Part shown: one piece after another, positions 52,999 through 63,707 of the stretch | Position numbering within the stretch: position 1 is the stretch's first letter | Layout: the number at the start of each line of letters is the position of its first letter | Virus record (IMG/VR): IMGVR_UViG_3300030380_006185 | Coordinates: 64,001 to 128,000 of that record | Reading direction: 5' to 3' (one strand) | Source of the DNA: a virus | Length of the DNA: 64,000 nt | Notes under the pieces: generated by a model | Told to the model about the DNA's origin: nothing | The model's database searches: none | The model's input: only the letters and a program-made list of their open reading frames with translations | Made by a program: the position numbers and the translations under genes

Positions 52999-53045
52999 AA
53001 CCTTTAATTTGTAGTAATATAAGAAAAAAACTTGTAATCTCCAAG

Positions 53046-53840
53046 CTATAATCCGTTTATTTCACGAAACTTTTTAACATTATACTCTATAAACTCTAAA
53101 TTAGCATCCTTTTCTTCTATATCTTGAAAATTATTCATATTTGCCTCTGGTTTATGAGGTAAACCTAAATCAAAATACATTTTTTGTTCAATGCCCGCCA
53201 TTACTGGGTTTGATGTATCTATTGATTCAATACATTTCATGTTTTTATATAATCCAAATTCAATTGGGGAAGCAGTGCCTAATAAATGTACTCTATCTGT
53301 TGGGGATAATATTCCATCTTTTATTAAATTGTTTATAACCATATATCTACCAATTGCTTTACCAAAATCTTTATTTGGGTGGGGGCAAACATCATTATAA
53401 TATGAAGCACCGTATGAATATGCTATTTTTTTATATCCTAAATCTTTATACATTTGAGTACATAACGCTGCATAATGTTGTGTTTTAGCTTGTACTACTG
53501 CAACCTTAGTAACTCCTTCAGGTAATTCAATTTGAGACCATATTTTAGCATTTCTAACTGATTCGCTATAATCTTCCCAAACATCAGGTACTATAAATTC
53601 ATCAGGTTTAATTTCTTTAATCCAATGTAGTAAACGATCTGTATTATATGCTTCTCCTAATTCATGTAGTGAATTATCCATTACAACATATCTACCTATA
53701 CTTTTAACATTATTAAAAAATGTTCTATACTCTTCATTTTGATCTAATAAATGAGGTAAACAATAATCATAGTCATTAAATTCAAGACTTTTACTTAATA
53801 AACAAAATGGTACTTCGTGAGATATTTTTACTTTTTTCAT
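53046..53840 (-). CDS. TGT-fold 7-deazaguanine transglycosylase-like protein (DpdA family)
   Basis: MDNS, VPDV, VAVVQ, VHLLG and SIDTS motifs in TGT order; linked to queCDE/folE2. Confidence 0.72.
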   Translation of the reverse strand: MKKVKISHEVPFCLLSKSLEFNDYDYCLPHLLDQNEEYRTFFNNVKSIGRYVVMDNSLHELGEAYNTDRLLHWIKEIKPDEFIVPDVWEDYSESVRNAKIWSQIELPEGVTKVAVVQAKTQHYAALCTQMYKDLGYKKIAYSYGASYYNDVCPHPNKDFGKAIGRYMVINNLIKDGILSPTDRVHLLGTASPIEFGLYKNMKCIESIDTSNPVMAGIEQKMYFDLGLPHKPEANMNNFQDIEEKDANLEFIEYNVKKFREINGL

Positions 53841-53881
53841 AACCTAAATATAATTAATAACCTTTAAAAAAACACGTAACC

Positions 53882-54904
53882 TTAATAAGTTTTAGTGTTA
53901 TCTTCGTCTATTTCTTTTATTTTTTGTTGTAAATTTTGTATAGCAATCCCTGATTTTTTACTAGATGCTCCTTGTTTTTGGATTTTTTGGATTTCATCTA
54001 AATATTGTTGTTTTTCTTTTGAAATTAGAGGGGGAGATGAAGGTAAAATGATTTTAGGGGTTGGTTGTTTTTTAACTAATGTTCTTTTTTTTTCTTTATA
54101 TAAGTTAACTTTAGGTTTATTTTTTAAAAATAAATTATTTGCAGAAATAAGTAACATAACAGCTAAGGGATCAAAAACAAATATAAAAACTAATATAAAC
54201 CAATTTACTACTTGGTCAGTATCTTTTCCTGTAATATTAGCAACATATTTTAAAGGTCCAATTTCAGCAGCAACATCTGAGTTAGTTTCTAGGTCTAATA
54301 TATTTAAATCAAGTTGGGTTACACTATCATTTAAAGCATCTTGTTTTAAAGCTATACTATCTCTTCTAGCAGTTTGAGAATCTAATTGTTGTTGTATAAT
54401 TCTACGAGTTGAAGATGATTGAGTAGTTATAAGTTGCCCTTCACTATTAGTATATTGAATAACATTATTACCTAAACTTTCACTTAATTGAATAATTTGA
54501 GTATTTATATCTTGTTGTTCTTTTGATATGTTTTTTATTTGTTGTTTATATCTATCTCGTTTTTTTACTTGAACTTCAACTTGTTTATCTACTGCTTGCA
54601 TTTTATAGGATGTTTCTTGATATGCAGAAACTAAAAATCCGTAAATTCCAAGTGAGGTTATAGCCATCAATGCAATTAAAGCTGTAATAAGGTATGTTTT
54701 TTTAAGCCAATGGATAGTCTTCCAGAATCTTTCTAAATATGAAGCAGTAATCAGTTTAGATGCTTCAAGTATGCCAGCCATTATAATAACTGCTGTTGCT
54801 TGTGATGCAAATAACTTACTAATACCAAAAACACTATAATATGCCGCTACTGTTGCTAAACTTAAAGCAGCTACTAAAATTAATATTGGGAAAAATCGTT
54901 TCAT
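53882..54904 (-). CDS. Membrane protein with long coiled coil
   Basis: Three N-terminal TMs, coiled coil, EIGPLKYVA, FVFDPLAV TM. Confidence 0.75.
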   Translation of the reverse strand: MKRFFPILILVAALSLATVAAYYSVFGISKLFASQATAVIIMAGILEASKLITASYLERFWKTIHWLKKTYLITALIALMAITSLGIYGFLVSAYQETSYKMQAVDKQVEVQVKKRDRYKQQIKNISKEQQDINTQIIQLSESLGNNVIQYTNSEGQLITTQSSSTRRIIQQQLDSQTARRDSIALKQDALNDSVTQLDLNILDLETNSDVAAEIGPLKYVANITGKDTDQVVNWFILVFIFVFDPLAVMLLISANNLFLKNKPKVNLYKEKKRTLVKKQPTPKIILPSSPPLISKEKQQYLDEIQKIQKQGASSKKSGIAIQNLQQKIKEIDEDNTKTY

Positions 54905-54911
54905 AGCGTGT

Positions 54912-54938
54912 AAAATAAGGAGCCCCTCTTGGGGCTCC
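54912..54938 (-). terminator. Terminator-like hairpin after lysis cassette
   Basis: GGAGCCCC-AAGA-GGGGCTCC then TTATTTT. Confidence 0.7.
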
Positions 54939-54956
54939 AAATATTTTTAAATAAAA

Positions 54957-55112
54957 TTATGATTTAAAAGCAAGTAAGAATTCTCTTACTCCAATACCGA
55001 ATGCAATACCTGCATATAATACAGCACCTTTTAACAATAATGCAACACCAACTCCACCTGCTAAAGCAGCTCGGAACCATGATGAGTTTACGATTGATTT
55101 GATTTTATTCAT
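54957..55112 (-). CDS. 51-aa membrane protein (holin/antiholin candidate), not in ORF track
   Basis: MNKIKSIVNSSWFRAALAGGVGVALLL...REFLLAFKS*. Confidence 0.65.
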   Translation of the reverse strand: MNKIKSIVNSSWFRAALAGGVGVALLLKGAVLYAGIAFGIGVREFLLAFKS

Positions 55113-55131
55113 TATATTGATTTTTGGGGGT

Positions 55132-55836
55132 TTATACTATTTTACTAGATTCAACTTCTTGAATCATTTGGAAATGAACTTTAGCTATTCTATCTCTACC
55201 TTCTTCTGATAAAAGATACTTGTGACAGTTATCTGAATTAGTCATAAAAAAATTTTCAGAAAGTATTGCAGGCATTGAAGTATTAATAAGAACGTAAAAA
55301 TTAGATTCTTGATCTACATCACCATCTGAATAGGTGTCTTTTCTCATGTATTCTCCTGGAAACTCTCTAAGTGCTTTTTCAAATAATATAGTAGCTATAT
55401 CATCCGATTTAGTTTCACCTACTGAAGTATACACTGACCACCCATTAGCAGACTCACTACTAAATCCATTAGCATGTACACTTACATATATGCATTTTTG
55501 TGATGAAGATTTTGCTATTTGGTTGGCTGTTTTAACACGTTCTGAAAGGCTTATATCTTCTTGAGTGTCAACTAAATTAATATATTCGATTCCTGCTTCA
55601 TTGCACATTTTAACTAAACGATTTACAATTGCTCTATTAAATTCTCCTTCAAATAATTGAGTCCCATCAGGCCACACAGGTGATCTTTTGCCTGGTGTTT
55701 GGTATACCCCATCTATAATACCACCATGCCCATTATCAAATATCCAAAGATAATTTGATTTAGGTGTTGGGTTATTTTGGGTAACAGTAAGATCATATTC
55801 TGTCCCACAATTAGGACATTTTATTGTTTTATCCAT
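55132..55836 (-). CDS. N-acetylmuramoyl-L-alanine amidase (Amidase_3), probable endolysin
   Basis: DNGHGG, E..FNR, LSERV..AN, VSVHAN, FYVL...PAILSENFFM; N-terminal CPNC. Confidence 0.92.
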   Translation of the reverse strand: MDKTIKCPNCGTEYDLTVTQNNPTPKSNYLWIFDNGHGGIIDGVYQTPGKRSPVWPDGTQLFEGEFNRAIVNRLVKMCNEAGIEYINLVDTQEDISLSERVKTANQIAKSSSQKCIYVSVHANGFSSESANGWSVYTSVGETKSDDIATILFEKALREFPGEYMRKDTYSDGDVDQESNFYVLINTSMPAILSENFFMTNSDNCHKYLLSEEGRDRIAKVHFQMIQEVESSKIV

Positions 55837-56074
55837 TGGAGTCTGTTTTATTTGTTTTAGAGTTAGCAAAGGCTTTAATTGTTGAAACACCCAACATAGT
55901 GGCTGAGAAGATAAGCATTGAGTCAAATAATCTTTCATTTATTGAAAAAAAATGAAAACCATCACCTATAAAGGCAATACAAACAAGAATCCCAGAAATA
56001 ATACCCATTGTTTTTTTAGAGGAATATTTACTGTCGTTTAGGTCTTCTTTAAAAATATCTTTTACAAACTTCAT
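55829..56074 (-). CDS. Two-TM holin-like protein
   Basis: SSKK then two TMs, directly upstream of amidase. Confidence 0.6.
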   Translation of the reverse strand: MKFVKDIFKEDLNDSKYSSKKTMGIISGILVCIAFIGDGFHFFSINERLFDSMLIFSATMLGVSTIKAFANSKTNKTDSNG

Positions 56075-56098
56075 AGTGTTGTTTGTTAATAAATATTG

Positions 56099-57808
56099 TT
56101 AACCGTCACAACTTACACAATCTGCAATTCTTGATCCTAAATCTCCTTTAATTACTGAGTCTGTTCTTAGGTAATAAAGGGTTTTTATTCCTAATTTCCA
56201 TGCTTCTATATGAACTTGATTTATCCATCTAGGTGAGTCAGTTGGTGAAAAACATAAATTAAGAGATTGAGTTTGATCTATATATTTTTGTCTAATAGCA
56301 GCTTGCTGAACTAAACCTAATTGATTAATTTCTGCAAAAGTTAAAAATACTTCTTTATCATCTTCATTTAATACTTCACTTGGTAAATTTTGAACAGACC
56401 CATCATCTGCTAAAATTTGATCCCATACTTTATCTATATCATGACCTTTTTCTCTTAGAAGATTTTGTAAATCTGGATTTTTAACAATAAATGTGCCTTT
56501 AGCACCATTAAATGTGTACATATTAGCAGGATAAGGCTCAATACCAGCTGAGCAGTTGCTAATTCTAGAATTGGAGACAGTAGGGGCAATAGCTAAAACA
56601 TGAGTATTTCTCATTCCAGTACCTTTACACCATAAAGGTTCACCGTATTCTTGGGCTAATTGTCTACTTGCTGCTTCTGCTTTAAGTTTTATATTACTAA
56701 AAATGGTGTGTGTCCAAGCTGTAGAAGCAATTGAATTAAAAGGTAAATTTTTCTTTTGTAAAAAGGTATGCCAACCCATTACTCCTAAACCTAATGCTCT
56801 GCCTTTTGAAGCATGTCTATGTGTACGCTTCATAGATTCTTGTCCACTAGTTTTATCTATAAATTCTTGCATTACACCATCTAAAAAGTAAACAGCAGTT
56901 TCAACTACATCAGTATCTTTCCATTCATCGTATTTAGCTAAATTTAATGAAGATAAACAACATATAAATGAATGCTCTTCGTCTGTGTGTAGTGTTATTT
57001 CAGAACAAATATTAGTCATAGACACGTTTAAATTATTCATTAAATATGCCATAGGATTATCTTTATTAATGTTATCTTCAAACATTATATAAGGTTCACC
57101 TGTTTCAACCCGTGACTTTAAAATTTCTAACCATAAATCCATTGCTTCTTGATCTCGATCATTTAATTTTCTCATAAAGGTATCATCAACAACTACACAT
57201 TGGTGTAAATTTAAACACTGTCTATTTGGGTCACCTTTAGGTCTACGAATTTGTAAAAATTCTTTAATATCTGGGTGGTTAATATTTAGATTAACAGATG
57301 CTGCTCCTCTTCTTACTGATCCTTGGTTGGTTGCTATAATGGTTGAATCATAAATTTTAGCCCAAGGTACTACACCTTCACTTTTACCATTTCCTCTAAT
57401 TGAAGCACCTCTTCCTCTAATTTTAGATAAAGAAATACCAACACCCCCACCATAAGAAGTTAATCTCATTAGTTCAGCATTTGTTAAACCAATACCTCTA
57501 ACTGAGTCAGGAGTATCAATTCCAAAACATGAGATAGGTAAACCTCTATCTGTTCCAGTATTTGATAAGACAGGGGAAGCTAAACCAATCCACCCATTCC
57601 AAATATATTTAAAAAACTTTCCTGCTAAATCAGGTCGTTCTAATCTATCAGCAACTGCATTAGCTACTCTTCTATATGCTTTTTTAGGTGTTTCACCTGG
57701 GAGGAGATATCCCTTTGAGATTGTAGACAAAGCTACTTCATCTAAAAATTCAGGGTAATCTTTACCTTTTTCCCATTGTGTATAATCTGCAATTAAATTG
57801 TTATCCAT
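56099..57808 (-). CDS. nrdA: Ribonucleotide reductase class Ia alpha subunit (no ATP cone)
   Basis: ISCF, QGSVRRGA, TNICSEI, APTVS, KTLYY, C-terminal CVSC. Confidence 0.95.
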   Translation of the reverse strand: MDNNLIADYTQWEKGKDYPEFLDEVALSTISKGYLLPGETPKKAYRRVANAVADRLERPDLAGKFFKYIWNGWIGLASPVLSNTGTDRGLPISCFGIDTPDSVRGIGLTNAELMRLTSYGGGVGISLSKIRGRGASIRGNGKSEGVVPWAKIYDSTIIATNQGSVRRGAASVNLNINHPDIKEFLQIRRPKGDPNRQCLNLHQCVVVDDTFMRKLNDRDQEAMDLWLEILKSRVETGEPYIMFEDNINKDNPMAYLMNNLNVSMTNICSEITLHTDEEHSFICCLSSLNLAKYDEWKDTDVVETAVYFLDGVMQEFIDKTSGQESMKRTHRHASKGRALGLGVMGWHTFLQKKNLPFNSIASTAWTHTIFSNIKLKAEAASRQLAQEYGEPLWCKGTGMRNTHVLAIAPTVSNSRISNCSAGIEPYPANMYTFNGAKGTFIVKNPDLQNLLREKGHDIDKVWDQILADDGSVQNLPSEVLNEDDKEVFLTFAEINQLGLVQQAAIRQKYIDQTQSLNLCFSPTDSPRWINQVHIEAWKLGIKTLYYLRTDSVIKGDLGSRIADCVSCDG

Positions 57809-57813
57809 AACTT

Positions 57814-58803
57814 TTAAAATATTGAAGTGGAATCCCACTCTAAGTGTCCTTTACTATAATTTGTTACTCTATTAGCAAAAAAGTCTGTATGTTGCTTTCC
57901 AGCACTTAATGAATCAAACCATTTCATGTTTTTAACTGAAGTCATATCAACATCTAATATAATGGGTCTATATCCTAAGTCTGATAGTTTTGTATTGACT
58001 CTATTTTTAATAAAATTTTGTAGGTCATATTTTGAACATCCTTCAAGATCACCTAATTCATAAACTTTATCTATAAAATCTAATTCAAGTTGAAGAGAAA
58101 GTAATGCAGCTTCATTAATTGATGCTTCTAATTCAGGTGTTTTTAAATGTGGGTTTTCTTCTAATAATGTTCTAAATAACCAACACCCTGCTTCTGAGTG
58201 CATTGATTCATCTCTAATACTCCATTCAACAATTTGTCCTACACCTTTTAATTTGTTTCTCATTTTAAATGAAAGTAAAACAGCAAATGAAGAAAATAAA
58301 TTTACACCTTCTGTAAATGCAGAAAATACAGCTAACGATTTAGCTCTTTCATGCCAATCTACTTCTCCATTAAATGAATCTCTAACATCCATTAATGTTT
58401 CTATTTTAGCCATTGTGGTTTCATCTTCTAAAAATTCACTAAAATCATCTAATCCTAATTCTTCATTCAATAAAGAATAAGCTTCAGCGTGAATAGTTTC
58501 CATAGCACCAAAAGTTGTGGCCATTGCTATAATTTCAGGTTTTCTAAACCATTTTGTAACTAATCCTGTCCAATAATCATTTACAACGGTTTCAGTTTGT
58601 GCAAACCCTTTTAAAATTGAACCTATTATATTTTTTTCAGTTTCTGTAAGATTTTGTTTCCAGTCATTTACATCTGACATCATAGGTACTTCTGTGTGTA
58701 TCCAATGAGCTTGTTGTTGTTTTAGCCAATAGTCAAAGGCTTGGGGGTATTCAAAAGGTTTATAGACTATTCTTTCTTGTAGTAAGTTTGTTTTTTTAGA
58801 CAT
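57814..58803 (-). CDS. nrdB: Ribonucleotide reductase class Ia beta subunit
   Basis: ETIHAEAY, EGVNLFSSF, DESMH, DFFANRVTNY. Confidence 0.95.
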   Translation of the reverse strand: MSKKTNLLQERIVYKPFEYPQAFDYWLKQQQAHWIHTEVPMMSDVNDWKQNLTETEKNIIGSILKGFAQTETVVNDYWTGLVTKWFRKPEIIAMATTFGAMETIHAEAYSLLNEELGLDDFSEFLEDETTMAKIETLMDVRDSFNGEVDWHERAKSLAVFSAFTEGVNLFSSFAVLLSFKMRNKLKGVGQIVEWSIRDESMHSEAGCWLFRTLLEENPHLKTPELEASINEAALLSLQLELDFIDKVYELGDLEGCSKYDLQNFIKNRVNTKLSDLGYRPIILDVDMTSVKNMKWFDSLSAGKQHTDFFANRVTNYSKGHLEWDSTSIF

Positions 58804-58824
58804 TTTTTTAATAAAATTTTTAGG

Positions 58825-60186
58825 TTATGAATTTAATTCAAAGAACTTTCTTTTTAACATTTGACGATCTAAATTGTCAAAATTATCATGACTTGAAGAA
58901 TTTGGTAATACAACGGTATCAGCTTCATCATCATAGACATCTCCAATCTCTATTTTTCCAATAGTTGTGTCTACATTTACTTGATAGGTAAGGCCATCCA
59001 TCCCATATCGGTTTTTCATAATGTGAAATCTTCCTGTTCCGTTAACTTTATCTTCTTTTTTCCGTGATAGAGAGATTGACAGATCTGTTATCATCATTTT
59101 ATCGTAGCTACCAGCTGCTTTGTCACCTTCTATGACATTATCTTTAGCGCCTGCTCTATTTACTTGGGAAACCGACCATATCGGTATATTTAGTTGTCTT
59201 GCCAATCCCTTTGTACTAGTATAAATATCATCAATTTCACCTTTACGATCAACTGTTTTCTTTTTTGTTGAAAGTAAATCAATATAATCAATAAGAATTA
59301 GATCAGGTTTGATTCCTAAATCAGTAACTTTTTTAATATGCGCTTCTATTGTAGACATAGTAGTTTTACCCATAGGATATTCTTTAATTATTAATTCGCC
59401 TGGGAGTTCGGGTACTGTTTCTTCTACTTTAGTTTTATGTTTTTCTAATGTATCTACAGGTACACTAGTAAAGAAAGCATCATATCGTCTACCTGTATAA
59501 GATTCACTTAATTCTAGTGTATAATGGATTACATTATATCCCATTTTAACAGCAAACCCACCCAAAGCAACTAATGTCCAAGATTTACCACCACCTGGGT
59601 TACCAAATATTAATCCTAAGTCACCATTACCTAAACCACCTTGTATTAATTGGTTTATAGGTTCCCAAGGAGTTGGGACAATTGTTCTATGATCTTCTCT
59701 ATATCTAGACTCTACATCTTTTCTATATTCATGTCCTATATTTTTATCTTGACCAGCTTTCATAGCTGCTTCAATCATAAATTTTATAGAATCATAATCC
59801 CCTGCTTTAAGTAAATCAACACTATTTAATAATGCTTTTTTAAGTTGTTGGTTTTTACAAAATGCAGAGAATTCTTCTTGAACATAAGCTAAATCATCAA
59901 TATCTGCTTTATATGCTTCACGAAGTTGTTCTCTAATTGAAACTTGAAGTACTTCATTCTCTACTTTTTTCATTTCAACTTTTAAAATATCCATTGAAAT
60001 AGTAGTATGATATTTTTCATAATAATCTAATATTTCATTTATAACCCATTTATGTGCTGGGTTGGTGAAATATTCACTATCTAAAACATCATTTATATTT
60101 TGTAAAAAATTCTTATGTGTTAACAGGGAAGAAATTACTTTCATTTGAAAGACTGGTCCATATTCGTCAATTGATTTTAACGTCAT
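58825..60186 (-). CDS. DnaB-like replicative helicase (gp41-like)
   Basis: GNPGGGKS, TLEL, IDYID, SQVNR, KNRYG. Confidence 0.93.
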   Translation of the reverse strand: MTLKSIDEYGPVFQMKVISSLLTHKNFLQNINDVLDSEYFTNPAHKWVINEILDYYEKYHTTISMDILKVEMKKVENEVLQVSIREQLREAYKADIDDLAYVQEEFSAFCKNQQLKKALLNSVDLLKAGDYDSIKFMIEAAMKAGQDKNIGHEYRKDVESRYREDHRTIVPTPWEPINQLIQGGLGNGDLGLIFGNPGGGKSWTLVALGGFAVKMGYNVIHYTLELSESYTGRRYDAFFTSVPVDTLEKHKTKVEETVPELPGELIIKEYPMGKTTMSTIEAHIKKVTDLGIKPDLILIDYIDLLSTKKKTVDRKGEIDDIYTSTKGLARQLNIPIWSVSQVNRAGAKDNVIEGDKAAGSYDKMMITDLSISLSRKKEDKVNGTGRFHIMKNRYGMDGLTYQVNVDTTIGKIEIGDVYDDEADTVVLPNSSSHDNFDNLDRQMLKRKFFELNS

Positions 60187-60219
60187 TTTTTATAACTTTT
60201 ATTTAAATGTAACAATAAT

Positions 60220-61248
60220 TTATTTGTCTTCCAACAAATTTTCAAAAACTTCTTTAATCCATATATCAACATTTCTTATTAAACCTCCAAGTTGGTCTTG
60301 TTGATACATTTCTACAAATTGTGAAGGTAAATAGTTTAAAGGTTCATTTTCTACAAACTTATCTATAAACATTTTATCCTTATCATCCATCATAGGATTT
60401 GACAGATCCATAACCTTATATTTATTTTCTAATAATTCTATATCGTGTAAAACACGAGCATATATTACATGATCTTTTAATTTTTCTTCACATAAATCTA
60501 ATAGATCATCAAAAGACATATTTTTTTCTGTAAGTTCAGGAAATAATTTATATAATTTTTTAAGTCCTAATCCTTTAATACCTGGTATTCCATCAGAGTT
60601 ATCTCCCATTAATAATTTATATAGTAAAAAATTGTGAGGTGTAACTTTAAATTTATCCTTTACAGTTTGACTTACATAAAACTCTTTTTCAATTGGTCTA
60701 TAAACAACAGTGTTTTCATCAACTAATTGAAGATAATCTTTATCACTAGATACTATAAAAGCCCTATCATCAGGTTTAGTAGGTAATGTTTGAGCTAAAT
60801 AAGCTATAATATCATCTGCTTCTACTTTATCAATTGATATAGTTTTTACTGGAAGGGTTTTTAGGTACTGAATTATTCTGGTGATTTGGTCAACTTTAGC
60901 TTGGTCTTCTTCTTCTATGTTATCAAATATATCCCAATTAGTAATTCTATTTACATTCCTATTAGATTTATATTCAGGGATAATGTTTTTTCTATTATTA
61001 GAAGACCCAACCCCATCAAACACAACATATACTTGAGTTGGTTGGATATGTTTAATCAAAAAACCAAGTGATCGAAAAAATCCCCCTAAACCTCCAATAT
61101 GTGCCCCATCGGGGTTGACAGCTCTTATAACACTAAAATTTCTGAAAAACAAATTTAAGCCGTCGATGAGCATATATCGTTCGGTTGTTGGCAATTCTTG
61201 TCCGTTTTCTTGAATATTATCAAGGAGGTTTAGAAGGTCTTTTTTCAT
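60220..61248 (-). CDS. 5'-3' exonuclease / RNase H (FEN family)
   Basis: IDGLN, VFDG, YKSNR, EADD, SSDKD, GDNSDGIPGIKGLG. Confidence 0.93.
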   Translation of the reverse strand: MKKDLLNLLDNIQENGQELPTTERYMLIDGLNLFFRNFSVIRAVNPDGAHIGGLGGFFRSLGFLIKHIQPTQVYVVFDGVGSSNNRKNIIPEYKSNRNVNRITNWDIFDNIEEEDQAKVDQITRIIQYLKTLPVKTISIDKVEADDIIAYLAQTLPTKPDDRAFIVSSDKDYLQLVDENTVVYRPIEKEFYVSQTVKDKFKVTPHNFLLYKLLMGDNSDGIPGIKGLGLKKLYKLFPELTEKNMSFDDLLDLCEEKLKDHVIYARVLHDIELLENKYKVMDLSNPMMDDKDKMFIDKFVENEPLNYLPSQFVEMYQQDQLGGLIRNVDIWIKEVFENLLEDK

Positions 61249-61255
61249 ATAACTT

Positions 61256-62332
61256 TTATTCTGGTTCAGTAACAAAGGCTTCAACTTGTGAAGTATCGGA
61301 ATTTTCTTCAATTATATTAAAGTCTCCTCCACCTAACACACGTCTCCACTCTTCTACTTGTGATTCTTTGTATTTCTTTAAATCTTTATCTGTGTCTGTA
61401 ATAAATCCATGAGGGGTCATAATAATTCTTCCTCTAGATTGTATACCATTAATGTGATTTTTATCAATCTGTAAATTGGTTCGTTTAGCAAATTCTACTT
61501 GTTTACCATCTTTGATAGCTTTTAGCTTGGATGTTCCAGAATCTGCAATATTTCCAAATGTTACTACAAATGTAGCATCAAACCACATTGCAAAACCACC
61601 TTTATTCATTAATTTAGGTTGTCCCATAGGTACAACAGGTTTAGCTGCCCAAACTTTATTAACACAAACTAAAGTATTCGTGTATTTTGAGCTTTCTTTA
61701 CGTGATAATGTAATACGCTGGTTAACATTATTTCCGAATTGAGTTGACATAGCACCTGCATTCCATTCATTGTTGTTTTTGTTTGATTTAACAGACATTT
61801 CACAAGGTACAGAACCAATTGAATCCCATAAAAATAAGAGATCATATGGTAAATTACCTTTCTTTTGTTCATCCATTAAATCTAAAATAAATGCAGCAAC
61901 ATCTTCAATTGTGTTAATAGATTCTCTATCAACATAAATAAATTGACCTTCATAATCAATTAATTCACCTGTATTTTCATCTAATATTTCATTAACTTCA
62001 AAGCCCATCATCTTAGCATGCTCCCAAGACCACTTCATTTCAGTTACAATAAAAACAGGTAATATACCACGTTTTTGGGCAGCAACTGCTGCCTCAAGTA
62101 ACGCGGTAGTTTTTCCTGTGTCTGAATGTCCTCTAAGTAAAACAATATGACCTAAAGGTATTCCTGGTACTGATGTAACTTCTTGAAATGCCGGTGAAAG
62201 TGGGATCCAATCTTGTGCTTTAAATTTAACATTAGATGCTAAACCTTTTTTGTTTTTAAAACTATTTAAATTAAAACTAGATTTCAATTCCTTATCTACT
62301 GCTTCTGACAGTGATTTTCTTTTTCTTGGCAT
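61256..62332 (-). CDS. RecA/UvsX-like recombinase
   Basis: GHSDTGKT, WDSIG, GGFAMWF. Confidence 0.85.
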   Translation of the reverse strand: MPRKRKSLSEAVDKELKSSFNLNSFKNKKGLASNVKFKAQDWIPLSPAFQEVTSVPGIPLGHIVLLRGHSDTGKTTALLEAAVAAQKRGILPVFIVTEMKWSWEHAKMMGFEVNEILDENTGELIDYEGQFIYVDRESINTIEDVAAFILDLMDEQKKGNLPYDLLFLWDSIGSVPCEMSVKSNKNNNEWNAGAMSTQFGNNVNQRITLSRKESSKYTNTLVCVNKVWAAKPVVPMGQPKLMNKGGFAMWFDATFVVTFGNIADSGTSKLKAIKDGKQVEFAKRTNLQIDKNHINGIQSRGRIIMTPHGFITDTDKDLKKYKESQVEEWRRVLGGGDFNIIEENSDTSQVEAFVTEPE

Positions 62333-62342
62333 ATAAATTTAT

Positions 62343-63170
62343 TTAAAAGGGTAAACCGTCTTCTTCGTCAAACATCTCACTGAATTTATCAGCTTTAGTT
62401 TCTTTCTTTTTAGTAGAGAGGCTATAATTTGATTCAACTTTTTCATCATCAAAACCACTTGCAGGTTCAGAAGAAATTTCTCCTTCTTCATCTGTTGGGT
62501 CTAACCATTCTTGTAAAGCACCTTTAAGAGTGTCAAAAGGGAGTGGACGATAAGTTTCTTTAGGGTTTTGTTGGTCATCTAACCATGTTTCAACTTGCGC
62601 CTTATCTTTTGATAGTGGGGTTTGCTTCATTGAAGGGGAGATAGTTGTTTTGTTGTACTGAGTACCATTAGTATCAGGTCCAGTAGTAACTAATTTAATG
62701 TCTCTACCATTTACAATATCTGTGAAATCACCTACTTCTTCATCAGCAGCTAAATTCAAAAATGCTTCATATACTTGTTTACCAAATTCCCACATTTGAA
62801 CACCTTCTGATTCCTGTCCTCTAACAACTACAGGTACAAAAGTACGGGTTTTTGGATCTAACTTTTTAGCTAGAGACCAATTCTCTTTATCATTAGTACC
62901 TCTAAGTTGCTTTGCAAACTCAGCAATTGGATCTTTTTCATCCCAATTTAGTGGAGAAGCTAGCATTCTAAATTTACCAATATTATAATAAAATTGCATT
63001 TCAGTAAAAGGATATTCTTTATTGTATTTAAATGGTACAACTCTTACTGTTTGTTTACCTATTGAAGGTTTGAATTTTTTTAACTGAGGGTAATCAGATT
63101 TGTTACTTCCATTGTTATTGGAAGATTTTTGGAATGTGTCAAGTTTTTTCTTGATTGCATCTAGATTCAT
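62343..63170 (-). CDS. Single-stranded DNA-binding protein (gp32-like)
   Basis: VRVVP, DPIAEF, WEFGKQVY, GRDI, acidic tail ending DGLPF. Confidence 0.8.
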   Translation of the reverse strand: MNLDAIKKKLDTFQKSSNNNGSNKSDYPQLKKFKPSIGKQTVRVVPFKYNKEYPFTEMQFYYNIGKFRMLASPLNWDEKDPIAEFAKQLRGTNDKENWSLAKKLDPKTRTFVPVVVRGQESEGVQMWEFGKQVYEAFLNLAADEEVGDFTDIVNGRDIKLVTTGPDTNGTQYNKTTISPSMKQTPLSKDKAQVETWLDDQQNPKETYRPLPFDTLKGALQEWLDPTDEEGEISSEPASGFDDEKVESNYSLSTKKKETKADKFSEMFDEEDGLPF

Positions 63171-63230
63171 AATAATAACTAATTTAAAAATTTATAACTG
63201 TAATATAATAACTAATTTTTAAACAACCAA

Positions 63231-63707
63231 CTATAATTCAATAATCTTATGAATTTTTGTATTCAATTGTTTAATTTCGTTGTGTTGGGTGAGAAGGATA
63301 CAATTTCTGTAGTGTTGCCAATTAATTGGGAACTTAGTATCTACTACTCCACCATTTAACTTTTTTATAAGCTCGTTTAGAGCATTTATCGTATATAAGG
63401 TATTCGATTCTTTTTTTCTATGAACAAGGATTGTATTTTCAGGTATATCATTTATATTACCTTGATCTACATTATATGTTACAACGTATTCATTGTTACT
63501 TTTAACCTGTAATGCAAACATTTTGTTGTACATTATAACATACTGGCTAGATAGAGATTCAACTAGATTATCCAGCTCATCTAAAGTAGTAAAAGTACAA
63601 AATAATCTATTATTCATTGACGTAAGGTCTATAGAACTATTAAAGTCATATATGTTATACGTATTGGGGGAAGTTTCTAAGGTGTTAAGCATAACTTGTT
63701 GGTGCAA
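63231..63707 (-). CDS. Hypothetical protein
   Basis: NTILVHRKKESNTLYTINALN; embedded in replication module. Confidence 0.7.
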   Translation of the reverse strand: MHQQVMLNTLETSPNTYNIYDFNSSIDLTSMNNRLFCTFTTLDELDNLVESLSSQYVIMYNKMFALQVKSNNEYVVTYNVDQGNINDIPENTILVHRKKESNTLYTINALNELIKKLNGGVVDTKFPINWQHYRNCILLTQHNEIKQLNTKIHKIIEL

